Assembly (NCBI GenBank): GCA_016182875.1
Contig: JACPFQ010000004.1
Span: 28,637 to 92,636, forward strand
Direction of reading: 5' to 3'
Source: Candidatus Doudnabacteria bacterium
Lineage (GTDB): Bacteria; Patescibacteriota; Doudnabacteria; UBA920; O2-02-FULL-48-8
Length of the DNA: 64,000 nt
The first letter of the stretch is position 1. Each line of letters starts with the position of its first letter. Positions 37,565 to 48,006 of the stretch are shown here, piece after piece. Made by a program: the position numbers and the translations under genes. The notes beneath the pieces are model-generated. The model had not been told where the DNA came from, did no database searches, and saw only the letters and a list, made by a program, of their open reading frames with translations.

Positions 37565-38317
37565 TTATCTTTTCAAGGCGGCTAAGCCCGCGCCGACTAG
37601 GCCAGGATAAGTTATCTTTGATATTTTTACAGGAGTTATTGTTTTATAGTTGCCAGTATTTTTTGTTAAGGATTGTGCTAACCTTTGCATTCCCGAAAGA
37701 TTCGACCAACCGCCCGCGAGAACAATGATGTCTGGATTATAGCTTATAACAATATGGTTCAGCAGAATTTTCAAATAGCTTTTTGCTTGAGCGGCATTTT
37801 TAAACGGGCGCGCCTTTTTAACGTAGAATCGCAACAATTCTCCGTTAGGCATTAGTAAATGGTCAAACTCACCTACCAGGCCGTCCTTGCCTTGAAAAAT
37901 TTTTTTATTGATGACCACGCCAACACCAGTACCGGTCCCTAAAATAACCCCGACCACGCACCGGTTATTCCTGCCCCATCCCAGCAGGCTCTCAGCCAAA
38001 GCAAAGCAGTCGGCATCATTATTTACCGTCGTAAGTTTTCGGAATTTACGCTCGAAAATTTTTTTTAAATCAACATTATGAAACCTCTTTACGTTGGGTA
38101 GCCTTACAACTTTACCGGCAGCCAATACCTGACCGGGCATACCCAAACCAATCGATGAGTAACCGCGGTATGTTTTGGCGATTCGAACAAGCTGGCCAAG
38201 TAAATTCTGCTGAGAGGTCGGCTCAAGAGAAAATCTGGTAATTTTTCCAGCATTATTGACCAAACCAGCAGCGACTTTGGTGCCCCCGACATCAATTCCT
38301 AGGGCCAATTTAGACAT
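37565..38317 (-). CDS. ROK-family glucokinase/sugar kinase
   Basis: 250 aa. LGIDVGGTKVAAGLV N-terminus. Confidence 0.8.
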   Translation of the reverse strand: MSKLALGIDVGGTKVAAGLVNNAGKITRFSLEPTSQQNLLGQLVRIAKTYRGYSSIGLGMPGQVLAAGKVVRLPNVKRFHNVDLKKIFERKFRKLTTVNNDADCFALAESLLGWGRNNRCVVGVILGTGTGVGVVINKKIFQGKDGLVGEFDHLLMPNGELLRFYVKKARPFKNAAQAKSYLKILLNHIVISYNPDIIVLAGGWSNLSGMQRLAQSLTKNTGNYKTITPVKISKITYPGLVGAGLAALKR

Positions 38318-38372
38318 AAAAAAAGCCTAATATGGCTGTATTATAACCATTTATAACTCAAACATACAGGCT

Positions 38373-38483
38373 TTATACTTCGATTTGTCTGCGTTTTCTG
38401 GCCCTGGCCTGTCCACCCTTTCTTCCGGCCTCAGCATGCCTTTTTGCGTCGCCGTGCCACCCCCGTCCTTTACCCCTTGCCAT
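38373..38483 (-). CDS. Small KGG-repeat stress-induced protein (YciG-like), 36 aa
   Basis: MARGKGRGWHGDAKRHAEAGRKGGQARARKRRQIEV. Strong RBS AAGGGGGTGG. Absent from the ORF track because it is shorter than 60 aa. Confidence 0.5.
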   Translation of the reverse strand: MARGKGRGWHGDAKRHAEAGRKGGQARARKRRQIEV

Positions 38484-38564
38484 GTAACCACCCCCTTTCT
38501 TATCCATTTACGTTAAGTTTAGTGCTTGGCAAGGATAAGGCAATAGTATGCTTTACACAAAAAC

Positions 38565-38963
38565 TTATTGTTGCTTTAGGTGTTTAGAATCCAGCAGTGA
38601 CCATAAGACTCCCAGAAGGAGATAAAAGTCGGCCAAGTTTACAGTGGCTAATCCTAAATTGATGAAGTCGCGGACATATCCAAATGATATACGGTCAAAC
38701 AAATTCGATATGGCTCCGGAAAAAATGAGCAAAAAATAAAATGACTTGAATTCAAGCGGCGCTCTGAAAACGAAAAAGTACCAAACTAACAGGCCGAAAA
38801 TTAATACCAGCACCAGCCAATCATATGGTCTGAAACTTATACTAAAAATTAATCCATAATTTTTGGTGAGTCTTAGGCAAGAACAGAAATCAAAAAAACC
38901 ACGAAAGGCCAAAAATTTCGTGATTTGATCCAGCAGAATCAAAAAAACAATTTTCTTCATCAA
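38565..38963 (-). CDS. lspA: Lipoprotein signal peptidase II
   Basis: 132 aa. Motifs NYGLIF and FDRISFGYVRDF..NLAD. Confidence 0.8.
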   Translation of the reverse strand: MMKKIVFLILLDQITKFLAFRGFFDFCSCLRLTKNYGLIFSISFRPYDWLVLVLIFGLLVWYFFVFRAPLEFKSFYFLLIFSGAISNLFDRISFGYVRDFINLGLATVNLADFYLLLGVLWSLLDSKHLKQQ

Positions 38964-39316
38964 ACGGAGTGTTTGATGCAGGTATCCGCTTCCGGTACGG
39001 CAATCAATCTTTCGCTCTCGATTTCATCTCCGTGTTTGCACTTCCCGTAGCTGCCGTCCTCTATCCGGTTCAGCGCGGCTTCAACTTTCGCTAATTTGCC
39101 TTCTAAGTCGGATGTGACTGCTAAATTAGTTTCATAAGCAGCCATCTCGTTCGCGTTCTCATCATCTTTGCCTCCGAACTCCGGAAAGCGCGGTTTGAAC
39201 TCTCCGGGAAATTCTGAAGCTCCGTCCACCACCGCATCAAAACCCAAAATCGAGCGCAAACGCTTCTGTTCTGCCAAAAGTCTTTTTCTATTTTCTTCTA
39301 TCAGTGCTTTATCCAT
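38960..39316 (-). CDS. DksA/TraR-family C4 zinc-finger protein
   Basis: 118 aa. C-terminal CxxC...CxxC (CKHGDEI...CIKH). Confidence 0.75.
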   Translation of the reverse strand: MDKALIEENRKRLLAEQKRLRSILGFDAVVDGASEFPGEFKPRFPEFGGKDDENANEMAAYETNLAVTSDLEGKLAKVEAALNRIEDGSYGKCKHGDEIESERLIAVPEADTCIKHSV

Positions 39317-39331
39317 ATACAGCTATTATAA

Positions 39332-39426
39332 CTCCGACGCTCGAACTAGTCGAGGTTCGGAGTTCCGATCCCGACGCCGACCGGTACGGGACGCCGACTA
39401 ACGCGTCGGCGCCGAAGCGTCGGAAC
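39332..39426. repeat. Nested TCCGAC hairpin element in 5' leader of dksA-like gene
   Basis: CTCCGAC..GTCGGAG and TTCCGA..TCGGAA inverted repeats. Same architecture as 60646-60692. Confidence 0.5.
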
Positions 39427-39920
39427 AAAAAAAGCCTTCCTAGGCTAAATTTAAATCTCTCGTAATTTTTGGATTACAGAGCGGATCATACACCCCGCTA
39501 AAATATATTATGTGGGCAGATCCGCCCTGCTGGCGGCCCCTACTTCAAGCTTATCTCCGCCCGCAGGCTCCGATTCCGAAGGACGTCGGAACCCGAGCCT
39601 GAGGCAGAGGTAAACATTCTAGAGTAGAAACCGATTTGTCACCTATATATCTAGTCTATTTATAAGTGTAGTTCTCACTGTTCTTATGGTGGTTAACACC
39701 TAACAATTTTTGTTTATGTTTGTTTTATTTTGAAACAAACCAAGGATTTTTGTTTTTGTTTTACAGACAGCTGGACTAGAACAGCTCTGACGAATAGTGG
39801 AGAACGCCTGAGGGTCAACAATACAACGCTTCACTCCCCAAGCACACTCCGCTATTCACAAAATTCATTAATTTTTAAGGTTCTTTCATTCAGTATAGCA
39901 AATTATTGAAGCGCTGTCAA

Positions 39921-39969
39921 TCCCGACGCCGGCTTCGCCGGGTCGGGACTCCGACCGCAAGCGTCGGAG
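39921..39969. repeat. Tandem TCCCGAC/CTCCGAC hairpins just downstream of recA stop
   Basis: TCCCGAC..GTCGGGA followed by CTCCGAC..GTCGGAG. Confidence 0.5.
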
Positions 39970-39974
39970 ACCGG

Positions 39975-40994
39975 TTACTCCAGTTCATTACCCGCTACCA
40001 CAGCCTCTTTTGCCTTGCTTCGTATGGCTTTATCTATTTCTTGAGCCAGTTTTGGGTTGTCTAATAAGAATTTTTTTGCGTTTTCCCTGCCCACTCCCAG
40101 TTTATTGCTGCCGAAAGAGTAACTATTGCCGTTTTTATCGACTACTTCATACTTTATGGCAGTATCTAAGACGTCTCCGGCATGGGAAATGCCTCCCTCG
40201 GAAAACATTATATCGAACTCAGCAAATTTGAAAGGAGGAGCTACCTTATTTTTAACAACTTTAGCCTTGACGCGGCTTCCGACGATGATGTCGCCCTGTT
40301 TAATTTGTGAAACTCTTCTAATTTCTATTCTAACTGAAGAGTAAAATTTCAAAGCTTGCCCCCCGGTTGTAGTTTCGGGGTTGCCGAACATCACTCCGAT
40401 CTTCATCCTAATCTGGTTTATAAAAATAACCGTAGATCTGGATTTGGAAATAATGCCGGTGAGCTTGCGCAAGGCTTGGCTCATAAGCCTGGCATGCAGA
40501 CCCATGTGGGAATCACCCATTTCGCCTTCCAATTCGGCTCGGGGAGTCAACGCCGCAACTGAATCAACAACAATCAGATCAACCGAATTCGATCTGACTA
40601 AGGTGTCGACTATATCCAAACCCTGTTCGCCGCTGTCCGGCTGAGAAATCAAAAGCTTGTCTATCTTCACTCCCACGGCCCGCGCCCGTTCCGGATCCAA
40701 TGCGTGTTCGGCATCGATGAACGCGGCGACTCCGCCGGACTTCTGGACCTCGGCGATCATATGCATTGCCAAGGTAGTTTTACCCGAAGCTTCCGGCCCA
40801 TATATTTCTATCACTCGTCCTTTCGGAATCCCGCCGACTCCCAATGCAAGATCCAGCGAAATGGAGCCCGTCGGAATTACGTCAACGTTCATGGTCTTGG
40901 CTGCCTTTAGAGTCATGATCGAACCCTCGCCAAATTTATCGCGGATGGCGGTGAGGGCGGATTCCAGGTTATCTTTGACAGTGTCTTTGGGCAT
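39975..40994 (-). CDS. recA: Recombinase RecA
   Basis: 339 aa. Walker [10 protein letters not shown] and a conserved RecA core. Confidence 0.95.
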   Translation of the reverse strand: MPKDTVKDNLESALTAIRDKFGEGSIMTLKAAKTMNVDVIPTGSISLDLALGVGGIPKGRVIEIYGPEASGKTTLAMHMIAEVQKSGGVAAFIDAEHALDPERARAVGVKIDKLLISQPDSGEQGLDIVDTLVRSNSVDLIVVDSVAALTPRAELEGEMGDSHMGLHARLMSQALRKLTGIISKSRSTVIFINQIRMKIGVMFGNPETTTGGQALKFYSSVRIEIRRVSQIKQGDIIVGSRVKAKVVKNKVAPPFKFAEFDIMFSEGGISHAGDVLDTAIKYEVVDKNGNSYSFGSNKLGVGRENAKKFLLDNPKLAQEIDKAIRSKAKEAVVAGNELE

Positions 40995-41017
40995 GCCTCA
41001 TTATATCATTTATATAA

Positions 41018-41968
41018 TCACTTGGCTTCGGCAACGGAGAACTCAACATTTCTTACAACCTCGCCGTCCCGTCCCAGTTTACCTAAATCTTTCCCATTGT
41101 ATATGATTTTGGTTGACCCGGCGTTGGCAGAGGTCAAGAGGATGTCTTTTTTTGCGGTTACGGTTTTGGTGGAGCCGGGAAGCATGGTTCCTCTGTGAAC
41201 CATGGACCCATCCGCTTCCAGATAAATCCAGGCACTTTCCGGGCCTATTTCCAAGACGATATTTACGTCGGCAGGAAGCTTAGTCGAAGCCTCTGCCACC
41301 TGAGCAACAACCTTTCTTACGATACTGCTCTCTTTGCCGAATTTATTTATGGTTTTTACTTCAATAACGTTTAAACCCGGGCTTAATACTAGATTTTCGG
41401 CAAAAAAGCCGTTTTTATCAACTAAAACCGTCTGATTGTTGATAGTTACGTCCGCACCGACTTCGGTTCGGCCGGTTATCACGATGCTTGTGCCTGAGAC
41501 ATTGATATCCGAACCAGGTTCTGTCACTTCCAAAGCTGGCGGGGCCAAAACAGAGCGAATCTGGCCCGAGATATAGGTGCCGACCCCCAAAACTAAAACT
41601 GCCGCGACGATAATGACCAAGGTCTTGGGGTTGATATGAATTTTCTTAAGACCCGAGGAACTTGAAGCATGTGAATAATCGGGAGTTTGCGATTTTTGGG
41701 CAAAACTATGCTCCTTTTCAAACTGATCAATCAAGTCGGCCTCTCTCACTCGATAAAGCTCTGCCAACTGTTTGAGAAAACCCTTGATGTAAACCTCTGC
41801 CGGCAGCTGAAGCCAATCGCCTGACTCCAAGCTCTCAATGTACGAGGGCTTGATTTGTGTCAGCATGCTGACGGTTTTTATATCAAGGTTCAGTTTTTGC
41901 CGGCTTAAATTCAAATGCTCGGCGAGGGTTTGGATTTTGACTGGCTTGATCTGAAATAACTGATTCAT
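41018..41968 (-). CDS. rodZ: RodZ-like cytoskeleton protein (XRE HTH + TM + C-terminal domain)
   Basis: 316 aa. N-terminal HTH. Single TM. C-terminal DUF4115-like region. Confidence 0.55.
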   Translation of the reverse strand: MNQLFQIKPVKIQTLAEHLNLSRQKLNLDIKTVSMLTQIKPSYIESLESGDWLQLPAEVYIKGFLKQLAELYRVREADLIDQFEKEHSFAQKSQTPDYSHASSSSGLKKIHINPKTLVIIVAAVLVLGVGTYISGQIRSVLAPPALEVTEPGSDINVSGTSIVITGRTEVGADVTINNQTVLVDKNGFFAENLVLSPGLNVIEVKTINKFGKESSIVRKVVAQVAEASTKLPADVNIVLEIGPESAWIYLEADGSMVHRGTMLPGSTKTVTAKKDILLTSANAGSTKIIYNGKDLGKLGRDGEVVRNVEFSVAEAK

Positions 41969-41971
41969 AAA

Positions 41972-44110
41972 TCACGATTCATCTTCGGTTGAATCTGCAT
42001 CATAAACGTCCCTCGGCTTCGCTCCCTCAGCCGGCCCGATGATTCCTCTTTCCTCAAGTATATCCAAAAGCCTTGCCGCGCGGGCGTACCCGACTCGCAG
42101 CCTCCGCTGCAATAATGAAGCAGAGGCCTTGCCAGCGTTTCGAACCGTTTCGATGGCGACGGGAATTAACTCATCGTCCTCGTCAAAGTCTTCTTCGCTC
42201 TGCCGGCTAAAATCGTGTTTTGGCTTTTCGACAATCCGCTCGTCATACTCCGCCGGGCTGCCCTGTGCACGCAGGTAATCCGTGACTTTTTTTATTTCTT
42301 TTTCGCCGACAAAAGTCCCCTGCACTCTTTTCGGCTTGGAAAGTTCGGCCGTGACGTAGAGCATGTCTCCGCTGCCCAAAAGTTTTTCAGCCCCGGCCAT
42401 ATCTAAAATAGTTCTTGAATCTACTTGCGAGGCGACTGCAAAGGCAGCGCGAGCGGTGATATTAGCCTTAATCAAGCCCGTGATGACGTCGACTGACGGG
42501 CGCTGGGTTGCGACCACCAGGTGGATTCCCACTGCCCGCGCCATTTGCGCCAGGCGCACTATGGCGGCTTCGACGTCATTCTGGGCAACACTCATCAAGT
42601 CAGCCAGCTCATCAATGACTACCACCAAATAAGGCAATTTGAGCAGTGACGATTGATTATACTCTCCGATGTTTCGTTTATGGACTTCGGACAGTAACTT
42701 GTACCGGCGGTCCATTTCCGAAACCACCCACTTGAGGGCGTTAACCGCCTGCTGGTGATCAATAATAACTTTGGTCAGAAGGTGAGGGATGCCGTTGTAA
42801 AGCGGGAGCTCAACTCTCTTTGGGTCAATTACAATTAGCTTGACTTCATTCGGCGTGGATCGGTACAAAAGGCTTATGAGCAGGGAATTAATCCCTACGG
42901 ATTTGCCGGTGCCGGTGGCTCCCGCAATCAGAAGATGCGGCATTTTTGCCAAATCCGAGACCATGGGATGGCCGGCCACGTCTCGGCCCAAGGCGAAAGC
43001 CAGCTTCGAAGGATGTTCTACAAACCCGGGATGGCCCAATATCTCTTTAATCCTTACCGTGGCAGTGGTCTTATTCGGAATTTCCACGCCCACCAGCGCC
43101 TTGCCGGGAATGGGCAGCTCCATTCTGACAGAAGAAGCCGCCAGGGCTAGGGCTAAGTCATTTTGCAAGGCGCCGATTTGGGACAATTTCACGCCAACCG
43201 CCGGTCTTAACGTATATTGCGTGACTGTCGGGCCGACGTTAACTTCGCCCATTTCCACTTCAATCCCAAAGTCATTGAGAGTTTTCTGGATAATGGCGAC
43301 GTTCATTTCTATGTTTCCGGAATCGACCCGGGTTTTTGAATCATCGAGAAGATCCAAGGACGGGAACTTCCAGTTCTGGTCGCTTGGCTGGACTTTCGGT
43401 TTTTTTGAAACTTTTATTTCGTCCAACCCGTGAACAACCGGCTTCTCAATTTTATCTTCCCGCAGGCGAGGATTGACTTCGGGAACGGCTTCCTTTACAA
43501 ACCCGGTCACCTGATTGTTAATCTTAAACGGGGCGGCTTTTAATTTTTCTTCCTGTTTGCCGATTTTATTTTTTCTAAGGAAAAAATTAAATGAATCAAA
43601 GGTAATAAAAATGGAAATCAGCACTCCCCCGATCAAAATCACCAATGCGGCCGCAAAGCTTGTAAAATTAAGCAGCGGATAGCTGGTCAGTACTCCCAAA
43701 TAACCTCCGCCCCGGCCGACTTTGACCAGTTCAAAAGCCTGATTAATGTCATTTCTTATAACGAACAAATGCATTAAGCCGGTTAAAGCTATAGTCAAAA
43801 GCACTCCCCCGACATAAGGGTGGGTTGAAACGGAATCGCTTTCGCTCTGCTCGCGATTCTTAAGAAGTGAAATTATTATAAAAAGAAAAACCACCAGCAC
43901 TCCGTAAGCCATCCAGCCAAAGGCCAATCTTAAAACCTTGCTGAGCACTTCGCCAAACGGCCCGGCGTTTCCGTTGAGGCTTAAGGCAAAGACAATGACC
44001 AGCACGATAAAAAATACCACAGCTACTCCTTTTCTGGTCTCAGTCTTCAAATTAAGCTGTGGGCGCTTAACAAATTCGTCGGTGAATCCAGTGTATTTTC
44101 TTCGGGCCAT
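41972..44110 (-). CDS. ftsK: DNA translocase FtsK/SpoIIIE
   Basis: 712 aa. N-terminal TM helices. Walker A GATGTGKS. C-terminal gamma winged helix. Confidence 0.9.
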   Translation of the reverse strand: MARRKYTGFTDEFVKRPQLNLKTETRKGVAVVFFIVLVIVFALSLNGNAGPFGEVLSKVLRLAFGWMAYGVLVVFLFIIISLLKNREQSESDSVSTHPYVGGVLLTIALTGLMHLFVIRNDINQAFELVKVGRGGGYLGVLTSYPLLNFTSFAAALVILIGGVLISIFITFDSFNFFLRKNKIGKQEEKLKAAPFKINNQVTGFVKEAVPEVNPRLREDKIEKPVVHGLDEIKVSKKPKVQPSDQNWKFPSLDLLDDSKTRVDSGNIEMNVAIIQKTLNDFGIEVEMGEVNVGPTVTQYTLRPAVGVKLSQIGALQNDLALALAASSVRMELPIPGKALVGVEIPNKTTATVRIKEILGHPGFVEHPSKLAFALGRDVAGHPMVSDLAKMPHLLIAGATGTGKSVGINSLLISLLYRSTPNEVKLIVIDPKRVELPLYNGIPHLLTKVIIDHQQAVNALKWVVSEMDRRYKLLSEVHKRNIGEYNQSSLLKLPYLVVVIDELADLMSVAQNDVEAAIVRLAQMARAVGIHLVVATQRPSVDVITGLIKANITARAAFAVASQVDSRTILDMAGAEKLLGSGDMLYVTAELSKPKRVQGTFVGEKEIKKVTDYLRAQGSPAEYDERIVEKPKHDFSRQSEEDFDEDDELIPVAIETVRNAGKASASLLQRRLRVGYARAARLLDILEERGIIGPAEGAKPRDVYDADSTEDES

Positions 44111-44132
44111 GTTTTTATTTTAGCACAAAGTC

Positions 44133-45092
44133 TTAATCCGACTTATCTATATTCCAAACGTCGCCCTTTTTGACCAATCGGCCTTTAATTTTAAAGCCGG
44201 ATGCCAATTTATGTCCGCCGCCGCCGAAAGATTGAGCGATCCTGGAAACGTCAACTCCTTTGTGGGGTTCTGAACGCAACGAACCTTTAACTATATCGCC
44301 GTCCTGTCGAAGCAGTAACGCAAATTTGGCTTGGGGAATATTATTCAAAAGCTCGACAAAGCCATCTAAATCTTCGTCCGTTGCGCCCGCTTCCTTTAAA
44401 TCCTCTTCCGTGAGCACCGAAAAAACCATCCTTTTGTCTGAATCAAAACGGGTGTTTTCGAGCGCCCTGGCCCAGGCTTTGATAGTAGAGGGTCTTTTTT
44501 TACCCACCAGTTGAATCGAAATTTTGTCTATCCTGGCCCCCTTTTTGAGCAGCTCGGCTGATACTTCCAAAGCTTCTGCCGTAGTGTTGGCGTGTTTAAA
44601 CCCGCCGGTGTCAGAAAAAATCCCGGTTAAAAGGCAGGTTGCAATGTCTTTATCAATCGAAAACTCTCGATATTTAATAAAATGATAAACCAACTCGGCA
44701 ACCGCCGAAGCTGCGGGATCTATCACGTTAACCGTGCCGAAGTTGGTATTGTCCGGATGATGGTCAAAATTAATTACATTGCCCGGCCATCGGGACAGTT
44801 CGGCAGTGCCCGTGCGCTCCATTTTATTGCAGCCAAAAGTAACAACCAAATCATATTGGCCCGGCACAAATCCATCCTGAACGTGCTCTGACCCGGATAA
44901 AAATAGCAAGCTTGACGGAACTCCGCCCCTAACCCCCGCTGAGACTCGTTTGCCTTCTTTAACTAACACGCGTCTTAACGCAAGCAGGCTTCCTAAGTCA
45001 TCGCCGTCGGTCCCTTCGTGCGTAGTCAAAAAAATATTCTCCGACTTATCAATCAAAGCCCAGGCCTTTTTAAATTGAATCTTAATCGACAT
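44133..45092 (-). CDS. nrnA: DHH-family phosphoesterase (NrnA-like oligoribonuclease/pAp phosphatase)
   Basis: 319 aa. DHH motif (INFDHHPDN) and a DHHA1-like C-terminus. Confidence 0.8.
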   Translation of the reverse strand: MSIKIQFKKAWALIDKSENIFLTTHEGTDGDDLGSLLALRRVLVKEGKRVSAGVRGGVPSSLLFLSGSEHVQDGFVPGQYDLVVTFGCNKMERTGTAELSRWPGNVINFDHHPDNTNFGTVNVIDPAASAVAELVYHFIKYREFSIDKDIATCLLTGIFSDTGGFKHANTTAEALEVSAELLKKGARIDKISIQLVGKKRPSTIKAWARALENTRFDSDKRMVFSVLTEEDLKEAGATDEDLDGFVELLNNIPQAKFALLLRQDGDIVKGSLRSEPHKGVDVSRIAQSFGGGGHKLASGFKIKGRLVKKGDVWNIDKSD

Positions 45093-45097
45093 AAAGC

Positions 45098-45430
45098 TTA
45101 ATCCTTAACGTCTTTAAGCAGTTTGCTGATGCCCGCGGCGTAACTGGGCGAATAATCAATCTCAAAAGACAAACGGGGGATGATTTTCATGGCCAGTTCT
45201 CTGTTCAACGAGCCTTGCAAGTCATAAATTTCCGCCGAAAGGACATCTAAAACCTTTTTTTCTAAAGCCTCGTCAGAAGGAAGGATGGTTATAAATACTT
45301 TCGCGTGGCGCAAATCGCCGGAGGTCTCAACTCTGCCAACTGTTACCATCGCGGGCAGTTCGAGGCCCAACAATAACTCAGCTACTTTTTTATGAATCAA
45401 TGACGAGACTTTTTCCGTTCGGAGCGTCAT
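45098..45430 (-). CDS. rbfA: Ribosome-binding factor A
   Basis: 110 aa. Conserved position between infB and nrnA. Confidence 0.85.
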   Translation of the reverse strand: MTLRTEKVSSLIHKKVAELLLGLELPAMVTVGRVETSGDLRHAKVFITILPSDEALEKKVLDVLSAEIYDLQGSLNRELAMKIIPRLSFEIDYSPSYAAGISKLLKDVKD

Positions 45431-47343
45431 GCCAGGCTTCTCTTTCTTACCGTCTCCTCGTAAGCTGCCAAAATATCGCCTTCCAAAACTTTTGTATTAG
45501 TTTTGAGGCTTAATCCAAACTCAAACCCGCTTAGAACTTCCTTGGTTTTATTTTTATTTTGCTGCAGTTCCAAAATGGCCGCTTGGCCGACGACCTCGCT
45601 TCCGCGTTTAATCTCAACCGAGGCATTATCTTTTAGCTTGCCTTCCAGCACGGTTCCGCCGACAATCATTTTATCCTTTTCGGTTCGGAAGATGGCTAAG
45701 ACTTTAGCCTTGCCCAAATCAGTTCGAAGTATTTCCGGGGTCAGCATGTCTACCAGCTGCTTGGTCAAATCTTCCACTAATTCGTAAATCACTTCATAGG
45801 TTCTCACTGGGACGTTCTTGGCTTGGGCAAGCTTGCTTGCCTGCGGATTCATGCGCGTGTGAAAACCAATAATGGAAGCCATCGCTGCGGCGGCGCGGAG
45901 GACATCGTTCTCTGTGATTTCCCCAGCCCCTTCCTCAATGATGTTTAACTTAACTTCCGTATGTTTAAGTTTCGACAGCGCTTCGTTGATTGCCTCGAGA
46001 CTTCCGAGCACGTCAACCTTGAGAATCAGATTAAGCTCTTTACCTGCCGATTTTAGAGGACTTTTGGCTTGAATTTTTTTTGCTCGATCGGATTTTGCCA
46101 CAAGCAGCGCCTGGTCCCTGGCTTCGTCAGGATTTTTATAAGTCTTAAGTATGTCTCCGACCTGCGGCAGCTCCGAAAGTCCTGTGATTTGAACCGGAGT
46201 TGAGGGCGGCGCTGATTTAACTTTCGCGCCTTTGGCGTTCATCATGGAGCGAATCTTGCCAAACGAGGCGCCGATAGCCACGATATCCGAAAGATTAAGC
46301 GTGCCGTTCTGCACAAGCACGGTCGCAACTGGCCCCTGGGTTCTCGAAACATGCGACTCGATTACGGTTGCCAGAGTCTGTCCAACGGGATTGGCTTTTA
46401 GCTCCAAAACCTGCGCTTGCAAAATGATAAGGTCCAAGAGAGCATCTATCCCCTGGTTGTTTTGAGCAGAAATTTTGGCCAGGGGAACATTGCCGCCCCA
46501 CTCTTCAATCAAAACGCCATAATCCGAGAGTTCTTTTTTGACCCGTTCGATGTTGGCATCTGGCCGGTCGATTTTATTGATTGCCACGATCAGCGGGGTT
46601 GCGGTCAGCTTGGCGCGGTTGATAACTTCGATGGTTTGGGGCTTTACCCCGTCATCGGCGGCGACAACCAAAACTATGATATCGGTGATAGTGGCTCCGC
46701 GGGCGCGCATGGCGGCAAACGCTTCGTGGCCGGGCGTGTCCAAAAAAGTGATTAGCTCATTATTGTGAAAAGCTTGATAAGCGCCGATGTGCTGAGTGAT
46801 TCTTCCCGCTTCTTGTTCCACGACATGCGTCCGCCTGATCGCGTCCAGGAGGGTTGTTTTCCCATGATCGACGTGCCCCATTATGGCCACCACCGGAGGC
46901 CTTGACTGCAGCGTTTCCGTTTTCTGCTCCTTGCTTATAACCTCCGAAACAAAGCCCGAACCTAGCCGCGTGGTCTTCTCCATTTCTTCCAAAACTTGGA
47001 AACCAAGATCCGCGGCAATAATCGCCGCAGTGTCAAAATCTATTTCTTCGTTAATCGTGGCCATGACCCCGTTTTCGATTAACCGCTTTATAACCACGGC
47101 GACGTCTAGGTTGAGCTTGGCCGCCAACTCCTTCACTGTCAAAACCTTGGGCAGTTTGACCTCCTTACTCTCCCCAACAGGCGCCTCAACCTGCTTGGTG
47201 CCAAATGCCACCATTATTTGCTTGGCCATATAATTGTCTATCTTATTGGCGCGGGGCGAAATTCTAAAACCCGCTTCTTGCGCCTTGGCGCGCAGCTGGG
47301 CAATTGGGATATTCAGTTGTTTTGATAGCGTAGAAATGTCCAT
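45427..47343 (-). CDS. infB: Translation initiation factor IF-2
   Basis: 638 aa. G-domain [20 protein letters not shown] and NKID motifs. Confidence 0.95.
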   Translation of the reverse strand: MDISTLSKQLNIPIAQLRAKAQEAGFRISPRANKIDNYMAKQIMVAFGTKQVEAPVGESKEVKLPKVLTVKELAAKLNLDVAVVIKRLIENGVMATINEEIDFDTAAIIAADLGFQVLEEMEKTTRLGSGFVSEVISKEQKTETLQSRPPVVAIMGHVDHGKTTLLDAIRRTHVVEQEAGRITQHIGAYQAFHNNELITFLDTPGHEAFAAMRARGATITDIIVLVVAADDGVKPQTIEVINRAKLTATPLIVAINKIDRPDANIERVKKELSDYGVLIEEWGGNVPLAKISAQNNQGIDALLDLIILQAQVLELKANPVGQTLATVIESHVSRTQGPVATVLVQNGTLNLSDIVAIGASFGKIRSMMNAKGAKVKSAPPSTPVQITGLSELPQVGDILKTYKNPDEARDQALLVAKSDRAKKIQAKSPLKSAGKELNLILKVDVLGSLEAINEALSKLKHTEVKLNIIEEGAGEITENDVLRAAAAMASIIGFHTRMNPQASKLAQAKNVPVRTYEVIYELVEDLTKQLVDMLTPEILRTDLGKAKVLAIFRTEKDKMIVGGTVLEGKLKDNASVEIKRGSEVVGQAAILELQQNKNKTKEVLSGFEFGLSLKTNTKVLEGDILAAYEETVRKRSLA

Positions 47344-47445
47344 CGGAGCACTAAATAAAAATATTTTGTCGATGTCCGCCGAAGCTTAGCGAAGGCGGAA
47401 TCGTCCACTTATTGTGCCAGAAATATCCCAAAAAATCAATCAAAA

Positions 47446-47478
47446 ACCCCGCTCTCTCGCGCGGGGTTTTTGTTGCGT
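47446..47478. terminator. Rho-independent terminator downstream of hsp20
   Basis: CCCCGCTCTCTCGCGCGGGG hairpin flanked by T/A runs. Confidence 0.55.
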
Positions 47479-47481
47479 GAT

Positions 47482-47949
47482 TTATGGCTTGCTTGCTACC
47501 TTAATCTTCTTGGCTTTGGCCTTGGCCGCTTTTGGAAGCACCACGGTCAAAATTCCATCCTTAAGGTCAGCGCCGACATTTTCTATATCAACATCTACGG
47601 GCAGCACCACGGACCTCGAAAAGCTGCCCCAGTAGCATTCTTGATAAAAATAATCCTCGCTGGATGCTTCGAAGTCGCGCTTTCTCTCTCCACGGATGGT
47701 GACCATGTCGTTGGCAATCGTGATATCGATGTCTTCGGGCCTGACCCCGGCAATGGTTGACTTGATAATAACGTTGTCTTTTGTTTGATACATGTCGATC
47801 GTCAGCTGTCCTTCGTATTCCGACAGCCAGTCTTCCGACGATACTTCTTTGTTTTCGGTTTCTGTCATCTCCTCCTCATCAGTATCGGTATTTTCAGCCA
47901 CCGCCTGGGTTCCCATGAGTTTATTAATTAAATTCTTGTCTTTTGGCAT
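47482..47949 (-). CDS. Hsp20/alpha-crystallin small heat-shock protein
   Basis: Start taken at MPKDKNL (the ORF extends to 47997). ACD-domain sequence with GILTVVLPK. Confidence 0.8.
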   Translation of the reverse strand: MPKDKNLINKLMGTQAVAENTDTDEEEMTETENKEVSSEDWLSEYEGQLTIDMYQTKDNVIIKSTIAGVRPEDIDITIANDMVTIRGERKRDFEASSEDYFYQECYWGSFSRSVVLPVDVDIENVGADLKDGILTVVLPKAAKAKAKKIKVASKP

Positions 47950-48006
47950 AATTATTTCTTTATGACCCTTAAGTACTTTAGATAGTAAAAGAAGCAAAGA
48001 GGGGTG

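Noticed and set aside
39427-39920. RNase P RNA, SRP RNA or tmRNA in the long recA to dksA-like gap
   Set aside because: None of the universally conserved blocks (for example the AGGAAAGTCCGGGCTCC P4 region, the SRP GGAA tetraloop context, or a tRNA-like CCA-terminal domain with tag ORF) could be located by eye. It is left as an unassigned noncoding region.
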